Made by a program: the position numbers and the translations under genes. A DNA stretch of 64,000 bases, from positions 160,001-224,000 of the forward strand of contig OZ253375.1 of the NCBI GenBank assembly GCA_965261005.1. The letters are read 5' to 3'. The stretch's first letter is position 1. Each line of letters starts with the position of its first letter. Positions 30,037 through 41,308 of this stretch are shown one piece after another. The notes beneath the pieces were generated by a model. It was not told where the DNA came from. It worked only from the letters and a program-made list of their open reading frames with translations, and did no database searches. This DNA comes from Deinococcus sp. Lineage in GTDB: Bacteria; Deinococcota; Deinococci; Deinococcales; Deinococcaceae.

Positions 30037-31257
30037 ATGCAAGAATCACCCCTACAAGCGTTGATCGCCGCGCGCATGCGCAACGTCAAGCCCTCGTTCG
30101 TCCGGCAAGTCCTCAAGGCCGCCGGCCGCAAGGATTTGATTTCGTTCGCGGGCGGGTTGCCCGCGCCGGAACTCTTCGACGTGGAGGGGCTGCGGGGGGC
30201 GGCCCTGACGGCCCTCGATCAAGACCCGGCCGGCGCGTTGCAGTACGGCGCCACCGAGGGCCACGCCGGTTTGCGCGCCGAGCTGGCGGGGCTGATGGCC
30301 TCGCGCGGGGCCGGGGTGGACGCCGACCAGCTGATCGTGACGACCGGCTCGCAGCAGGGGATTGACCTGCTGGCGCGCACCCTGCTCGACCCCGGCGACG
30401 TCGTGCTGCTGGAGCAACCCTCCTACCTGGCGGCCATTCAGGTCTTTGAGCTGGCCCAGGCCCACATGCGCGGCGTGGCCTCGGACGGCGAGGGGCTGCG
30501 CCCGGACGACTTGGAGCGCCAGATTCTGGATTTGCTGGAGCGCGGCAAGCGGCCCAAGCTGATCTATCTGGTCGCCACCTTTGCCAACCCCTCGGGGGCC
30601 ACCCTCAGCCGCGAGCGCAGAGTTCAGGTGCTGCGCTTGGCCGCCAAGCACGGCATTGTCGTCGTCGAGGACGACCCCTACTCCGAGCTGCGCTTCCGGG
30701 GCGAGCCGGTCACGCCCATGATCGGCTTGACGGACGAGGTGCCCGGTTCGGCCGAGCTGACCTGCTACCTCTCCACCTTGTCCAAGGTGGTCTCGCCGGG
30801 ATTGCGCGTCGGCTGGATGGCGCTGCCGGCTTGGCTGCGCGACCAGGTGACCATTGTCAAGCAGGCCAGCGACCTGCACGCCAGCACCTTTGCCCAGCAC
30901 GTCGCCTACCGCTACTTGCAAAGCGGCCGGCTGGAAGCGCACATCCCCAGAATTCGCGCCGCCTACCAAGAGCGCGGCGAGGCGATGATGGCCTCGTTGG
31001 CGCGCCAGTTGCCCGGCGTGCTGGAGTTCGACTCGCCCGAGGGCGGCATGTTCCTGTGGGCCAAGATGGCGCCAGGGGTGGACACCGCGCAACTGGTGAA
31101 AAAGGCGGTGGACGCTGGCGTGATCTACGTGCCGGGGGTCCCCTTCTTTGCCGACCCGGCGGGCAACGGCCACTTCCTGCGCCTCTCCTTTGTCACCTCC
31201 GGCCCGGATGTGATCGAGGAGGGCGTGCGGCGATTGGCGAGCGTGATGATGGACTAG
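30037..31257 (+). CDS. PLP-dependent aminotransferase class I/II (2-aminoadipate transaminase-like)
   Basis: ATG 30037 after AGGAGG. ISFAGGLP, EDDPY, STLSKVVSPGLRVGW. Confidence 0.88.
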   Translation: MQESPLQALIAARMRNVKPSFVRQVLKAAGRKDLISFAGGLPAPELFDVEGLRGAALTALDQDPAGALQYGATEGHAGLRAELAGLMASRGAGVDADQLIVTTGSQQGIDLLARTLLDPGDVVLLEQPSYLAAIQVFELAQAHMRGVASDGEGLRPDDLERQILDLLERGKRPKLIYLVATFANPSGATLSRERRVQVLRLAAKHGIVVVEDDPYSELRFRGEPVTPMIGLTDEVPGSAELTCYLSTLSKVVSPGLRVGWMALPAWLRDQVTIVKQASDLHASTFAQHVAYRYLQSGRLEAHIPRIRAAYQERGEAMMASLARQLPGVLEFDSPEGGMFLWAKMAPGVDTAQLVKKAVDAGVIYVPGVPFFADPAGNGHFLRLSFVTSGPDVIEEGVRRLASVMMD

Positions 31258-31259
31258 AA

Positions 31260-31298
31260 ACCCCCCGCCCCGACCCTCCCCCTCAAGGGGGGAGGGAG
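31260..31298. repeat. REP-like palindromic element
   Basis: CCCTCCCCC-tcaag-GGGGGAGGG hairpin, related to 59561-59620. Confidence 0.5.
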
Positions 31299-31327
31299 AA
31301 AGGACTGGGCGCTGCTAACTTATCCCC

Positions 31328-32404
31328 ATGCCCTACGATCCCCAGAAACACGCCGACCTGCTTGCCGACTACTGCCTGAACGCGCAGGGCGGCGAGCGTG
31401 TCCTAATCCAAGGCTCCACGCTCGCCCTGCCTTTGTTTGAGGCGCTGCACGTCGCGCTCCTGAGGCGTGGGGCAGCGCCCCTGCTGCGCCTCGAATACCC
31501 GGCGCAGTTGGACGACGTTTACCGTTTCGCAAGCGACGATCTTCTCGACACCTTACATCCCCTCCAGCTTCAGGAAACCGAGAGCGTGGCGGCCTCTCTG
31601 CGCGTGCTGACGCCGACCGCGCCGGCGGGGGACCTCGACCCCGGGCGCCAAGCCCGCCACCGAAGGGCGCTGGCCCCCGTCGCGCGGGCACGCGCCCAGC
31701 GGCGCTGGAGCCTGACCTTGTACCCCACCGAGTACGGCGCCGAGTCGGCGGGCCTGAGTTTGCCGGACTACGCGGATTTCGTGGCCGGGGCGATGTTCCT
31801 GAATGACCCCGACCCGGTGGCACGCTGGGCCGAGGTGCGGGCCATGCAGGCGGGCCTGATTGGGCAGCTCTCAAGGGCGGACGAGGTTCGTATCCTGGCC
31901 CCCGACACCGACTTGCGCCTGAGCGTGGGGGGACGTACCTGGGTCAATTCCGACGGCAAGCGCAACATGCCGTCGGGCGAGGTGTTCACCGGCCCGCTTG
32001 AGAACAGCGCGAACGGTCACATCTTTTTTGGTCTGCCCACCGTCTTCGGCGGGACGCTGGTGAGCGGCGTGCGGCTGGAGTTCCGTGACGGTCAGGTCGT
32101 CTCGGCCAGCGCAGAAGAAGGGGAGGCCGCCCTCCTGGCCGCGCTGGAGACCGACGCGGGGGCGCGCTTTTTGGGCGAACTGGGCGTCGGCACCAACTTC
32201 GGCATTCGGCAGCCCTCAAGAAACATCCTCTTCGACGAGAAGATCGGCGGCACGGTCCACTTGGCCCTGGGCAACAGCTATCCCGAGACCGGCGGCCGGA
32301 ACGAGAGCGCCCTGCACTGGGATCTGATCTGCGACCTGCGCGCCGGCGGGCAGTTGCTGCTGGACGGCGAGCTGTTTCAGGACGGGGGTCAATTCGTCGG
32401 CTGA
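31328..32404 (+). CDS. M29 aminopeptidase (AmpS/AmpT family)
   Basis: [36 protein letters not shown]. Confidence 0.9.
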   Translation: MPYDPQKHADLLADYCLNAQGGERVLIQGSTLALPLFEALHVALLRRGAAPLLRLEYPAQLDDVYRFASDDLLDTLHPLQLQETESVAASLRVLTPTAPAGDLDPGRQARHRRALAPVARARAQRRWSLTLYPTEYGAESAGLSLPDYADFVAGAMFLNDPDPVARWAEVRAMQAGLIGQLSRADEVRILAPDTDLRLSVGGRTWVNSDGKRNMPSGEVFTGPLENSANGHIFFGLPTVFGGTLVSGVRLEFRDGQVVSASAEEGEAALLAALETDAGARFLGELGVGTNFGIRQPSRNILFDEKIGGTVHLALGNSYPETGGRNESALHWDLICDLRAGGQLLLDGELFQDGGQFVG

Positions 32405-33708
32405 AGGGCGCGGTACTCGAAGGTGGCCCCCAACTCCTCCAGGTGCCCGAAAAAGTCCGGGTAGCTTTTGCGGACGTGCTGCGCGCCGGTGATGGTCACG
32501 GGCGCGTCCGTGCGCAAACCGATCAGCGTCAGCAGCATGATCATGCGGTGGTCGCCGTGCCCGTCCAAGGTGACGCCGCCGGGGATGCGCTCCCGCCCCG
32601 TCAGGCTCAAGCTGTCCGGCGTCTCGCCCACCTGTACACCCAGCTTCTCCAATTCGCGGCGGGTGTCGGAGATGCGGTCGCACTCCTTGAGGCGCAGGGT
32701 GGCGACGTTGTGCCAGGTGGTCGTGCCGGCGGCGTAGGCGGCGGCGGCCGTGAGCGCCTGCACCGCGTCGGTGAAGCGGTCGCCGTCCCGAGCGAGGGCG
32801 CGTAGGGGAGACCCGCCGCGCACGGTCACGGCGTTCTCCCCCCGGGTGACGCTCGCGCCCATGTCGCGCAGCACCTCAACGGCCGCGCGCTCCCCTTGCA
32901 GGTCGTCCGCGCGCAGCCCCTCCACCCGGACCTCGCCCGGAAGGAGGGCGCCCGCCACCAGCAGCGCCGCCGAGCCGGGATAGTCGCCGGGCACGCTGAC
33001 TTCACCGGCTCGGTAGCGCTGGCCGCCCGGAATTTGCACCCGCCGCAAGGTATCCTCAGCTTGGTACTCGATGCCGAAGGTGCTCAAGGTGTCGAGCGTC
33101 TGCCGCAACGGGGCCTCGCTCTTGATTTCACCCGTCAGGTGAAGGTCCAGGCCCTTCTCCAGCAGCGGCCCCAGAAAGAGCAGGGCGCTGGCGTACTGGG
33201 AGCTGCGCTCGGCGCTGACCGTGGCCTCGCCCCCCGCCACCGGCCCGCGCACCTGGACCGGCAGACGCCCGCCCTCGCTCTCGACGCCCGCGCCGAGTTG
33301 CCGCAGCGCCTCCAACAAGTCCCCCTGTGGCCGCCGGCCCAGACTGTCCGGAAAGTTGGTCACGAAGGTCGTCTCTCCCGCCAGCGCCGCCACGCCGATC
33401 AGGAGGCGCGCCACCGCGCCCGCGTTGCCGGGGTTGAGGGTCTGCCCGCTTCTGGGCTGGGCGCCGAAGCCGCGCACCCGCAGGGCGTCACCTTCAGGGG
33501 TGAGAGCAGCGCCCCACTGGCTCAAGCAACTTTGTAAGGCGCGGCTGTCCTCGCTTCCGGCGGGGCGGCGCACCAAGCTTTCTCCCTCCGCCAAGGCCGC
33601 CGCCAGCAGGAAGCGGGTGGTGTAGTTCTTGCTGGGCTGGGCGCTCAGCGTGCCGCGCAGCTCTTGGGCGGGGTGAACGACAACGTCAAAGGCGTCGGGC
33701 AGGGTCAT
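32389..33708 (-). CDS. aroA: EPSP synthase
   Basis: [34 protein letters not shown]. Confidence 0.93.
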   Translation of the reverse strand: MTLPDAFDVVVHPAQELRGTLSAQPSKNYTTRFLLAAALAEGESLVRRPAGSEDSRALQSCLSQWGAALTPEGDALRVRGFGAQPRSGQTLNPGNAGAVARLLIGVAALAGETTFVTNFPDSLGRRPQGDLLEALRQLGAGVESEGGRLPVQVRGPVAGGEATVSAERSSQYASALLFLGPLLEKGLDLHLTGEIKSEAPLRQTLDTLSTFGIEYQAEDTLRRVQIPGGQRYRAGEVSVPGDYPGSAALLVAGALLPGEVRVEGLRADDLQGERAAVEVLRDMGASVTRGENAVTVRGGSPLRALARDGDRFTDAVQALTAAAAYAAGTTTWHNVATLRLKECDRISDTRRELEKLGVQVGETPDSLSLTGRERIPGGVTLDGHGDHRMIMLLTLIGLRTDAPVTITGAQHVRKSYPDFFGHLEELGATFEYRALQPTN

Positions 33709-33811
33709 GAGGTTATCTTGGCGCCTCTTTTATGCGGCTTAAAAAGTGAGGCTAGACAGAGCTGGTCTTTCCCTGAAGTCAATCGAGTGGTAGTCCTGCT
33801 AAACTGGGAGG

Positions 33812-34204
33812 ATGACGGCAATTCGCTGGAAGCTTAGAACGACCTTAGAGGCGCGGGGCGTGACGGTCTACCAGCTCAGCAAGCACTTGGAAGGGCGGGT
33901 CAGCAAAAATACCCTGCACGCGGCGGCGCGCGGTGAGGTGGGCGGGGTTCAGTTTGAAACGCTGGCCGCCATCATGGACGGCGTTTGGGCGCTCAGCGGT
34001 CGGCCGGTCGCGCCCGACGAGGTGTTGGAAGTGACCTCGGGAGACGCCCACGACCTTGAGGCCGAGCGGGCGCGCCAGCGCGCCTTGGCCCTGCTGACCG
34101 GCGATCCGTGGGGCAAAAAGCCGCAGGGGAGCAAAGTACCGGCGCAGGTGAAGGGGCCGCCCACCGAGGAGTTGCTGCGCGAGCACCGGGGGCCTGCGCT
34201 CTGA
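33812..34204 (+). CDS. Cro/C1-type HTH protein, putative antitoxin
   Basis: IRWKLRTTLE..TVYQL HTH, directly before a PIN gene, leaderless TAAACT-N6-ATG. Confidence 0.7.
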   Translation: MTAIRWKLRTTLEARGVTVYQLSKHLEGRVSKNTLHAAARGEVGGVQFETLAAIMDGVWALSGRPVAPDEVLEVTSGDAHDLEAERARQRALALLTGDPWGKKPQGSKVPAQVKGPPTEELLREHRGPAL

Positions 34205-34206
34205 GC

Positions 34207-34610
34207 GTGCCCGGTTCGCTGTTGTATCTCGACACTTCGGCGATGGCCCACCTGTACACCGACGAAGACCGGCGACTGCTGGTGCTTGCAGAACAGCAGT
34301 CGGCCGGCGGCGTGGTCGCCCACCTGATCACGTACGTCGAGATGCGCGCGACCTTGGCCGGGCGGGTCCGGCGCAGGTTGATGGCCCGGCGCACCTTTGC
34401 AGCGGCGCTCACCGATTTCGAGCGCGATTGGGACACCTTCGAGCATGTGTTGGTGGACGCGGCTCTAGTGAAGCGCGCGGGCGATTTGGCGCAGCGGCAC
34501 GCGCTGCGGGGCTACGACGCCCTTCACCTGGCGGCGTCCGCTTTCTGACCTTCGATGGGGCGCTACGTATGGCGGCCGTCGCCGAGTTGGGCGCCGCGCG
34601 GGTGGGCTGA
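34207..34610 (+). pseudogene. VapC/PIN toxin with frameshift
   Basis: LYLDTSAMAHLY..LRGYDALHLA stops at 34548. Conserved FLTFD..L..AA continues in another frame to 34610. Confidence 0.7.
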
Positions 34611-34621
34611 CCGTCCCCGCT

Positions 34622-35131
34622 TTACAGCCCCAACCGCTCGATCAAGGCCGGCGTGACCAAATGTGGGTCGGGCGGCGTGCATTTCCCGTGCGCGTTCATC
34701 CAACCCAGCGAGTCGAGGTCAAGGCCGCACTTGGCGACGTAGGTTCGCGCGTAGGCTTCCGCGAAGCCCTCGAAGGGCACCTGATAGTAGCTGCCCCACC
34801 TCTTGCCCTGACTCGTGAAGCCGCCGTGCGACAAGCTCAGCTTGCGCAAATCCAGGCAGTGGCCCAGCTCGTGCGCGACCAAATCCACCCTTTGGCGCCT
34901 GTCCCCCCCCTCGAAGTAGTCGCGGTCGAGCTGCACGAGGCAGGCGCTGCCCAGCGGGATGGTGCAGCCGACCAGCGCCGGCGAGCAAAAGACGAAGTCC
35001 TGGCTGCGCTTGAGAATGTAGCTGACGCGCGTGCCGTAGATAAAGGTGCCATTTTCGCCCGGCTGGGCCGGCAGAAAGGCGCACGACGCGAGCAGGGTGG
35101 CCAGGGGGAGGAGCCTTGAGGGGCGGAGCAT
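34622..35131 (-). CDS. Lipoprotein zinc metallopeptidase-like protein
   Basis: Lipobox LASC, HELGH, EGFAE. Confidence 0.7.
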   Translation of the reverse strand: MLRPSRLLPLATLLASCAFLPAQPGENGTFIYGTRVSYILKRSQDFVFCSPALVGCTIPLGSACLVQLDRDYFEGGDRRQRVDLVAHELGHCLDLRKLSLSHGGFTSQGKRWGSYYQVPFEGFAEAYARTYVAKCGLDLDSLGWMNAHGKCTPPDPHLVTPALIERLGL

Positions 35132-35169
35132 GGGGTCAGTCTAGGGCGTCCGTGGCAGGCTAGCTATTC

Positions 35170-36276
35170 CTACGTCAACACCGCTTCCGGCGCCACGCTC
35201 GGCAGGTCAAAGGCGTCCGCCACGCCCGCGTAGGTCAGCTGGCCGTGCATGGTGTTGAGGCCCTTTTTGAGGGCGGGGTTGCCGTCCAGGGCGTGTATAC
35301 CCTGGTCGGCCAGCTGGGTCAGGTAGGGAAAGGTCGCGTTGGTGAGGGCCAAGGTGCTGGTGCGCGGTACGGCCCCCGGCATGTTGGCGACGCCGTAGTG
35401 CAGCACGCCGTCCACTTGGTACACCGGGTCGTCGTAGGTGGTGGCGTGAATGGTCTCCACGCAGCCGCCCTGGTCCACCGCCACGTCCACGATCACGCTG
35501 CCAGTTTGCATGCCGCCCAGCATGTCGCGCGTGACCAGGTGGGGCGCCCGCGCTCCCGGAATCAGCACGCCGCCGATGACCAAGTCCATCTCGGGCAGCA
35601 GGGCGCGGATGTTGGCCTCGCTGCTCATCATGGTGGTCAGGCGGCCGAAGAACACGTCGTCGAGGTAGGCCAGGCGCTTCTGGCTCACGTCCAGCACGGT
35701 CACGCGCGCCCCCAGACCCATCGCCATCTTGGCCGCGTTGGTGCCGACCACCCCGCCGCCGATGATCAGCACGTGGCCCGGCTGCACCCCCGGCACCCCG
35801 CCCAGCAGCACGCCGCGCCCGCCGCTCGGCTTTTGCAGGTAGTAGGCGCCCGCCTGCACCGCCAGGCGCCCGGCGACCTCGGACATAGGGGTCAGCAGCG
35901 GCAGCGAGCCGTCGTCGAGCTGCACGGTCTCGTAGGCGACGGCGGTGGTCCCGCTCTCCATCAGCGCGTCGGTCAGCGGCCGGTCGGCGGCGAGGTGCAG
36001 GTAGGTGAACAGTAGCAGGTCGGGGCGCAGGTAGCCGTACTCGGCTGAAATCGGCTCCTTGACCTTCACGACCAGCTGGGCGCCCCAGGCTTCGGGGGCG
36101 GACACCAGCCGCGCGCCCGCGCCGGCGTACTCGGCGTCCGCGAAGCCCGAGCCGACGCCCGCGCCCGCTTCCACCAGCACCTCGTGTCCGCGCCGCGTGA
36201 GGGTGGCGACGCCGCCGGGCGTGAGGGCGACGCGATTTTCCTTGACCTTGATCTCTTTTGGCAGGCCGATCAGCAT
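35170..36276 (-). CDS. ald: Alanine dehydrogenase
   Basis: [47 protein letters not shown]. Confidence 0.95.
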   Translation of the reverse strand: MLIGLPKEIKVKENRVALTPGGVATLTRRGHEVLVEAGAGVGSGFADAEYAGAGARLVSAPEAWGAQLVVKVKEPISAEYGYLRPDLLLFTYLHLAADRPLTDALMESGTTAVAYETVQLDDGSLPLLTPMSEVAGRLAVQAGAYYLQKPSGGRGVLLGGVPGVQPGHVLIIGGGVVGTNAAKMAMGLGARVTVLDVSQKRLAYLDDVFFGRLTTMMSSEANIRALLPEMDLVIGGVLIPGARAPHLVTRDMLGGMQTGSVIVDVAVDQGGCVETIHATTYDDPVYQVDGVLHYGVANMPGAVPRTSTLALTNATFPYLTQLADQGIHALDGNPALKKGLNTMHGQLTYAGVADAFDLPSVAPEAVLT

Positions 36277-36406
36277 GGATATTCCTTTCGGGGAAGAGCT
36301 TTCCAGAATGCTAGCAAGAACGGGATGTGTTTCGATTGCTTTTGTTGGGCTATTTCGTTCATTACGGGCAACATTGTTGCTCAGGTGAACCCGTATCATT
36401 CACGCT

Positions 36407-36877
36407 ATGGCCCAAGTCCTCCTCGACACCACCGACCGCCGCATCCTCGCCATCTTGCAGGAGCGGGGCCGCATCCCGAACACCGAGCTGGCCGACGAGG
36501 TGGGCCTGACGCCGGCCCCCTGTCTGCGCCGGGTCAAGCGCCTGGAGGAGGAGGGCGTGATCGCGCGCTACGCCGCCCTGCTCGACGCCGAGAAGATCGG
36601 GCGCGGTCTGGTCGTGTTCGTCCACGTCACCCTCGACAAGCAGACCAAGCGCGGCTTCACGACCTTCGCCGAAAAGATGCGCGCCCAGCCCGAGGTGCTG
36701 GAGTGCTACTTCTGCCTGGGCGAGTACGATTTCCTGCTCAAGGTGGTGGTGCCCGACCTGGCGACCTACCAGCGCTTTCTGGTGGACGTGCTGGCCGCCA
36801 TGCCCGAGGTCAGCAACACCAACTCCACCATCGCGGCGGGGCAGGAAAAGCACACGATGGTGCTGCCGCTGGGGTGA
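36407..36877 (+). CDS. Lrp/AsnC regulator (AldR-like)
   Basis: LDTTDRRIL..CLRRVKRLEEEGVI, divergent from ald. Confidence 0.9.
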   Translation: MAQVLLDTTDRRILAILQERGRIPNTELADEVGLTPAPCLRRVKRLEEEGVIARYAALLDAEKIGRGLVVFVHVTLDKQTKRGFTTFAEKMRAQPEVLECYFCLGEYDFLLKVVVPDLATYQRFLVDVLAAMPEVSNTNSTIAAGQEKHTMVLPLG

Positions 36878-36881
36878 AGGG

Positions 36882-37817
36882 TTAGGCCCACGCCCGCACC
36901 ACCTTCAGCTGCTGCCCGTCCCCGTCCACCACCGCGACCAACTGGCCGTCCAGCGTCGCGGCGTGGCGGCCGACCACATCCGAGCCGGGCCGCTTACCCT
37001 CCCGCAACGCCTTGGCGGTTTCCGCGTCGAGTGCTAGGCGCGGCAAGTCCAGCGCGTCGAGATCATCTAATCCCGGCGCTGTCGGCAGCCCGTCGAGTTC
37101 GACGGCATCTTCCAAGCCAAACTGCCCCACCCGCGTCCTCGCCAATCCTGCCAAGTGGGCCGGCACGCCCAGCGCCGCGCCCAGGTCGCGCGCCAGCGAG
37201 CGCAGGTAGGTGCCGCTTCCCACCCGCGCCCACAGCAGCAGGGTGGGAAACCGGCCCAGCGGGGGCGGCAGATCAAAGGCGCGCCCAAAGGGGTCGGACC
37301 GCCAACTGCCGTCCGGGGCGGGGGAGAGGCGGCGGGGCGATTCATGCAAGGTGGCAGAGATGCCCAGCAAGTTCAAGCCGTGAATCACCACGCTTCTGGC
37401 CGGCAGGTCCAGGCTGCCGCCGGAGCGCGCCACCGCGTAGGCGCGCACGCCGCCGACGTGCAGGGCGCTGTACTGCGGCGGAATCTGCTGCTGAGGACCG
37501 AGAAAGTTCGGGAGGACGGCCTTTACCTGTTCCTGGGTCGGTAACTCCACGTTCGTCTGCTCACGGAGTGGCCCCTCGGCGTCCAGGGTGGGCGTCGCCG
37601 CGCCCAGCGAGATCCAGGCCAGGTAGTCCTTGCCGTCCCCCTCTAGAAATTGCACCAGCTTGGTGGACTCTCCCGCGCACAGCAGCAGCACGCCGGTCGC
37701 CAGCGGGTCCAGCGTGCCGGTATGTCCGATTTTCTTGGTGCCGAGCAGCCGGCGGGCGTGGGCCACCACGTCGTGTGAGGTGAGGCCCAGCGGTTTGTTG
37801 ACGACGTAGACGGGCAT
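36882..37817 (-). CDS. truB: tRNA pseudouridine(55) synthase
   Basis: KPLGLTSHDVV, GHTGTLDPLATGVL, GTYLRSLARD. Confidence 0.95.
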   Translation of the reverse strand: MPVYVVNKPLGLTSHDVVAHARRLLGTKKIGHTGTLDPLATGVLLLCAGESTKLVQFLEGDGKDYLAWISLGAATPTLDAEGPLREQTNVELPTQEQVKAVLPNFLGPQQQIPPQYSALHVGGVRAYAVARSGGSLDLPARSVVIHGLNLLGISATLHESPRRLSPAPDGSWRSDPFGRAFDLPPPLGRFPTLLLWARVGSGTYLRSLARDLGAALGVPAHLAGLARTRVGQFGLEDAVELDGLPTAPGLDDLDALDLPRLALDAETAKALREGKRPGSDVVGRHAATLDGQLVAVVDGDGQQLKVVRAWA

Positions 37818-37869
37818 GGGTCAGGGTCGCGCGCCGTCGTCCTCGCGTCAAGCGCCTTAGACTGGGCGG

Positions 37870-38229
37870 GTGCTGCGAATCGTCTTTATTCTGAGCGCCG
37901 CCCTGTTCCTGTTGGCGGGCGGCCTGCTGTACTTTCTGCCGGTGGGGGGCGCCGCCGGCCTGGCGGTCTCGCCCTTGTGGCCAGCGCGCGTGGCCGGGGC
38001 GGTGCTGCTCGCGTGGGGCGCGCAGCTGCTCTTCTCTGCCGCCCGGCCTAGTGCTGCCGCCGTGGGCGGTCTCGCCACCGGCAACCTGCTGGTGGCCGCC
38101 ACGCTGGTTCCGGCCGCCCTGCGCGGAACGGCCCCGCTGCCGCTGGTGGCCGTTCTGGGGGTCTGCGGCCTGTTGATCTTGCTGGCGCTGCTCGCCTTGG
38201 TATCGCCGCGCGAACGGGCGCGCTGGTGA
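37870..38229 (+). CDS. Small membrane protein
   Basis: Four hydrophobic segments, TAGACT-N6-GTG, overlaps next gene. Confidence 0.65.
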   Translation: MLRIVFILSAALFLLAGGLLYFLPVGGAAGLAVSPLWPARVAGAVLLAWGAQLLFSAARPSAAAVGGLATGNLLVAATLVPAALRGTAPLPLVAVLGVCGLLILLALLALVSPRERARW

Positions 38230-38978
38230 GCGAGCGGCTGCAAAAAATACTGGCCCGCGCCGGCGTCGCCTCGCGCCGCCACGCCGAGGAGCTGATTCGC
38301 GCGGGCCGCGTCAACCTGAACGGCCAAGTCGCCATTCTCGGCAACCGCGCCACAGAGGGCGACGACGTGCGCTTAGACGGCTGCCCGCTCCAGCTGATCC
38401 CGGCCGCCCACACCACCCTGGCCTTGTACAAGCCGCGCGGCGTGGTGACCAGCGCCAGCGACGAACTCGGGCGCGCGGGCGTGCTGGACAAGCTGCCGCC
38501 CAGAGCGGGCCTGCACCCAATCGGTCGCCTGGACCGCGACTCGGAGGGGCTGCTGCTGCTCACGACCGACGGCGAGCTGACCTTGCGCCTGACCCACCCG
38601 CGCTACGGCCACGAAAAGGAGTACCGCGCCTGGACCGGGGAGCAGGTGACAGAGGATCAGCTGAGGCGGCTTGAGAACGGCGTCGAACTGGAGGACGGTC
38701 TCACCTCGCCGGCGAGGGTGCGCCGCGCCGAGGGGGGCCTCTTTATCACGTTGGGCGAGGGGCGCAACCGGCAGATTCGCCGGATGCTGGGGGCGCTGGG
38801 CCTGAGCGTGACCCGTCTGGTGCGGGTGCGCTTCGGCGGTTTGTTCCTGGGCGACTTGGAACCCGGCGAGTACCTGACGCTGGGCGAGGGCGACTTGGCC
38901 CGGTTGGAGGACAAGGCGCTGGTGGACCTGGAAGCGTGGCAAGCGCAGGAGCGGGAGACGCTGGAGCGCTGGGGCTAG
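38226..38978 (+). CDS. rluB: rRNA pseudouridine synthase (RluB/RsuA family)
   Basis: S4 domain ERLQKILARAGVASRR, GRLDRDSEGLLLLT, EGRNRQIRRM. Confidence 0.85.
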   Translation: MSERLQKILARAGVASRRHAEELIRAGRVNLNGQVAILGNRATEGDDVRLDGCPLQLIPAAHTTLALYKPRGVVTSASDELGRAGVLDKLPPRAGLHPIGRLDRDSEGLLLLTTDGELTLRLTHPRYGHEKEYRAWTGEQVTEDQLRRLENGVELEDGLTSPARVRRAEGGLFITLGEGRNRQIRRMLGALGLSVTRLVRVRFGGLFLGDLEPGEYLTLGEGDLARLEDKALVDLEAWQAQERETLERWG

Positions 38979-38997
38979 GCGAGCTATACTCCCCCAC

Positions 38998-39378
<381 letters not shown>

Positions 39379-39402
39379 CCCCCGCTTTGGCGGGGTTTTT
39401 TT
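39379..39402 (+). terminator. Terminator after rnpB
   Basis: CCCCGC-tttg-GCGGGG-TTTTTTT. Confidence 0.8.
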
Positions 39403-39778
39403 AAGCTTGCCGAACCGGCCGCTCGGCCTGCGACCCCCGGCGCGCGTCCAGCCAGACCAGACCCCAGCCGACCAGCTGCAACACACCGCCGATGGGGGTG
39501 ATGGCGCCCAGCGGTTTCACGCCGCTGAGGGCCAGGGCGTACAAGCTGCCCGAAAAGACGGCCGTGCCGCTCAGCAGCCAAAGGGGCGCCCGGCGTTGCT
39601 GGGGCTGCCCCCCCAGGGCCAGCAGCGCGAGGGCGTGGTACATCTGGTACCTCACGCCGATCTCGAAGGTATTCAGGGCGCTTTCACTCAGGCTGCCCCG
39701 CAGCGCGTGCGCCCCGAAAGCGCCGAGGGCCACCCCCAGGCCGCCCAGTGCGGCGCCATACAAGCTCGAACGGTTCAT
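39401..39778 (-). CDS. DUF423 membrane protein
   Basis: GVALGAFGAH, YQMYHALAL, FSGSLY, GAITPIGG. Confidence 0.88.
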   Translation of the reverse strand: MNRSSLYGAALGGLGVALGAFGAHALRGSLSESALNTFEIGVRYQMYHALALLALGGQPQQRRAPLWLLSGTAVFSGSLYALALSGVKPLGAITPIGGVLQLVGWGLVWLDARRGSQAERPVRQA

Positions 39779-39828
39779 GCGCCCAGTCTAGGGGGGGCGC
39801 TTCTTTTGACTGTGGCGGAATCCGGATG

Positions 39829-39999
39829 GTGGGAAAAAGGGAGCGTCACGGGGGTGAACGGGGGAAAATTGTGGGAAATGGTGGTAAACCGTGGAAGGCT
39901 CTGTTACACTCCCCTCAGCCATAAAACAGCGCCCAGCCGGCACTGAGGCATTTTTCACGGGAAGAGCGTGGTGGGAATAGGTGGGGAAGCGGGGGAAGG
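39829..39999 (+). promoter_or_regulatory. mraZ promoter with MraZ-box repeats
   Basis: G(T/G)GG repeats in 10-bp phase at 39851-39891 and 39971-39991. -10 TACACT at 39905. Confidence 0.7.
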
Positions 40000-40428
40000 G
40001 TGCCGTACGGTGAATATCCTTACGCCATTGACGACAAGGGGCGCGTGGTGATTCCGCCGGCCTTTCGCGAGTTCGTCGAGGACGGGATGATCCTGACGCG
40101 CGGCATGGAGGGCTGCCTGTACATCTTCCCCCTGGCCAGCTGGCGCCGGGTGGAGGAGCAGCTGGAGGGGCTGCCGCTGACCGACCGCGACAGCCGCGCC
40201 TTTGTGCGCTTCTTTTACTCGGGGGCCGCCAAGACCCGCCTCGACAACCAAAGCCGGGTGTCGGTGCCGCAGACGCTGCGCGCCTTTGCGGCCCTGGACG
40301 GCGAGGTGGTGGTGGCCGGCGCGCCCGGCCGCTTGGAGCTGTGGAGTCCTGCCCGCTGGGAAGCCGCCATCTCTGCCGTGCAGGACGATCCGCCCAAACC
40401 CGACCTGCTCTCCAACTTCACCGCCTGA
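40000..40428 (+). CDS. mraZ: Transcriptional regulator MraZ
   Basis: IDDKGRVVIP, LDNQSRV, RLELWS. Confidence 0.95.
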   Translation: MPYGEYPYAIDDKGRVVIPPAFREFVEDGMILTRGMEGCLYIFPLASWRRVEEQLEGLPLTDRDSRAFVRFFYSGAAKTRLDNQSRVSVPQTLRAFAALDGEVVVAGAPGRLELWSPARWEAAISAVQDDPPKPDLLSNFTA

Positions 40429-40429
40429 C

Positions 40430-41308
40430 ATGGAAACGCCCAAGATGACGACCCTGACCCACATCCCCGTGCTGGCCGCCGAGACGCTGGCGGCGCTCGC
40501 CCCCACGCCGGGGGGCGTCTTCGTGGACGGCACCCTGGGCGGCGGCGGCCATACGCGCGAACTGCTGGCAACCGGCGCGACGGTGTACGGCATAGATCAA
40601 GATCCGGTGGCCCTGGCCCGCCTGAGCGCCGAAAATTTGCCCGGCCTCACGCTGCTGGAGGGAAACTTCCGCGACATGCGCGAATTGCTGGGCGCCGTGA
40701 ATGTCACCGAGGTGGACGGCGTGCTGCTGGACATCGGGGTGTCCAGCTTTCAGCTCGACGACGCTTCGCGCGGCTTTTCCTACCACGCGGACGCCCCCCT
40801 CGACATGCGCATGTCGGGGGTGGGGGAGAGCGCGGCGGACGCCGTGAACAGCCTGCCCGAAGACGAGCTGGCCGCCCTGATCTACGAGTACGGCGAGGAG
40901 CGCCACTCGCGCCGCATCGCCCGCGCCATCGTCCGCGCGCGTGAGGACGCGCCCATTGCGACCACCCTGCAACTCGCCGACCTGATCAAGCGCGCCTACC
41001 CAGGGCCGTCGCGCGGCATTCACCCGGCGCGGCGCACCTTTCAGGCGCTCCGAATTCACGTCAACGACGAATTGGGGGCGCTGCGGGGGGGGCTGACGGC
41101 GGCGCGCGATTTGCTGAAGCCGGATGGGCGCCTGGCCGTGATCTCGTTTCACAGCTTGGAAGACCGCATCGTGAAGCGCTTTTTCCTGGCGGGGGAGGGC
41201 CTGACGCCGCTCACCAAGCGTCCCGTCACGGCCTCGGAAAGCGAGCAGGCCGCCAATCCACGCGCCCGCAGCGCCAAGCTGCGCGCGGCCGTGCGGGCGG
41301 CGGCGTGA
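40430..41308 (+). CDS. rsmH: 16S rRNA C1402 methyltransferase
   Basis: HIPVL, DGTLGGGGH, DIGVSSFQLD, FHSLEDRIVK, RSAKLR. Confidence 0.95.
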   Translation: METPKMTTLTHIPVLAAETLAALAPTPGGVFVDGTLGGGGHTRELLATGATVYGIDQDPVALARLSAENLPGLTLLEGNFRDMRELLGAVNVTEVDGVLLDIGVSSFQLDDASRGFSYHADAPLDMRMSGVGESAADAVNSLPEDELAALIYEYGEERHSRRIARAIVRAREDAPIATTLQLADLIKRAYPGPSRGIHPARRTFQALRIHVNDELGALRGGLTAARDLLKPDGRLAVISFHSLEDRIVKRFFLAGEGLTPLTKRPVTASESEQAANPRARSAKLRAAVRAAA

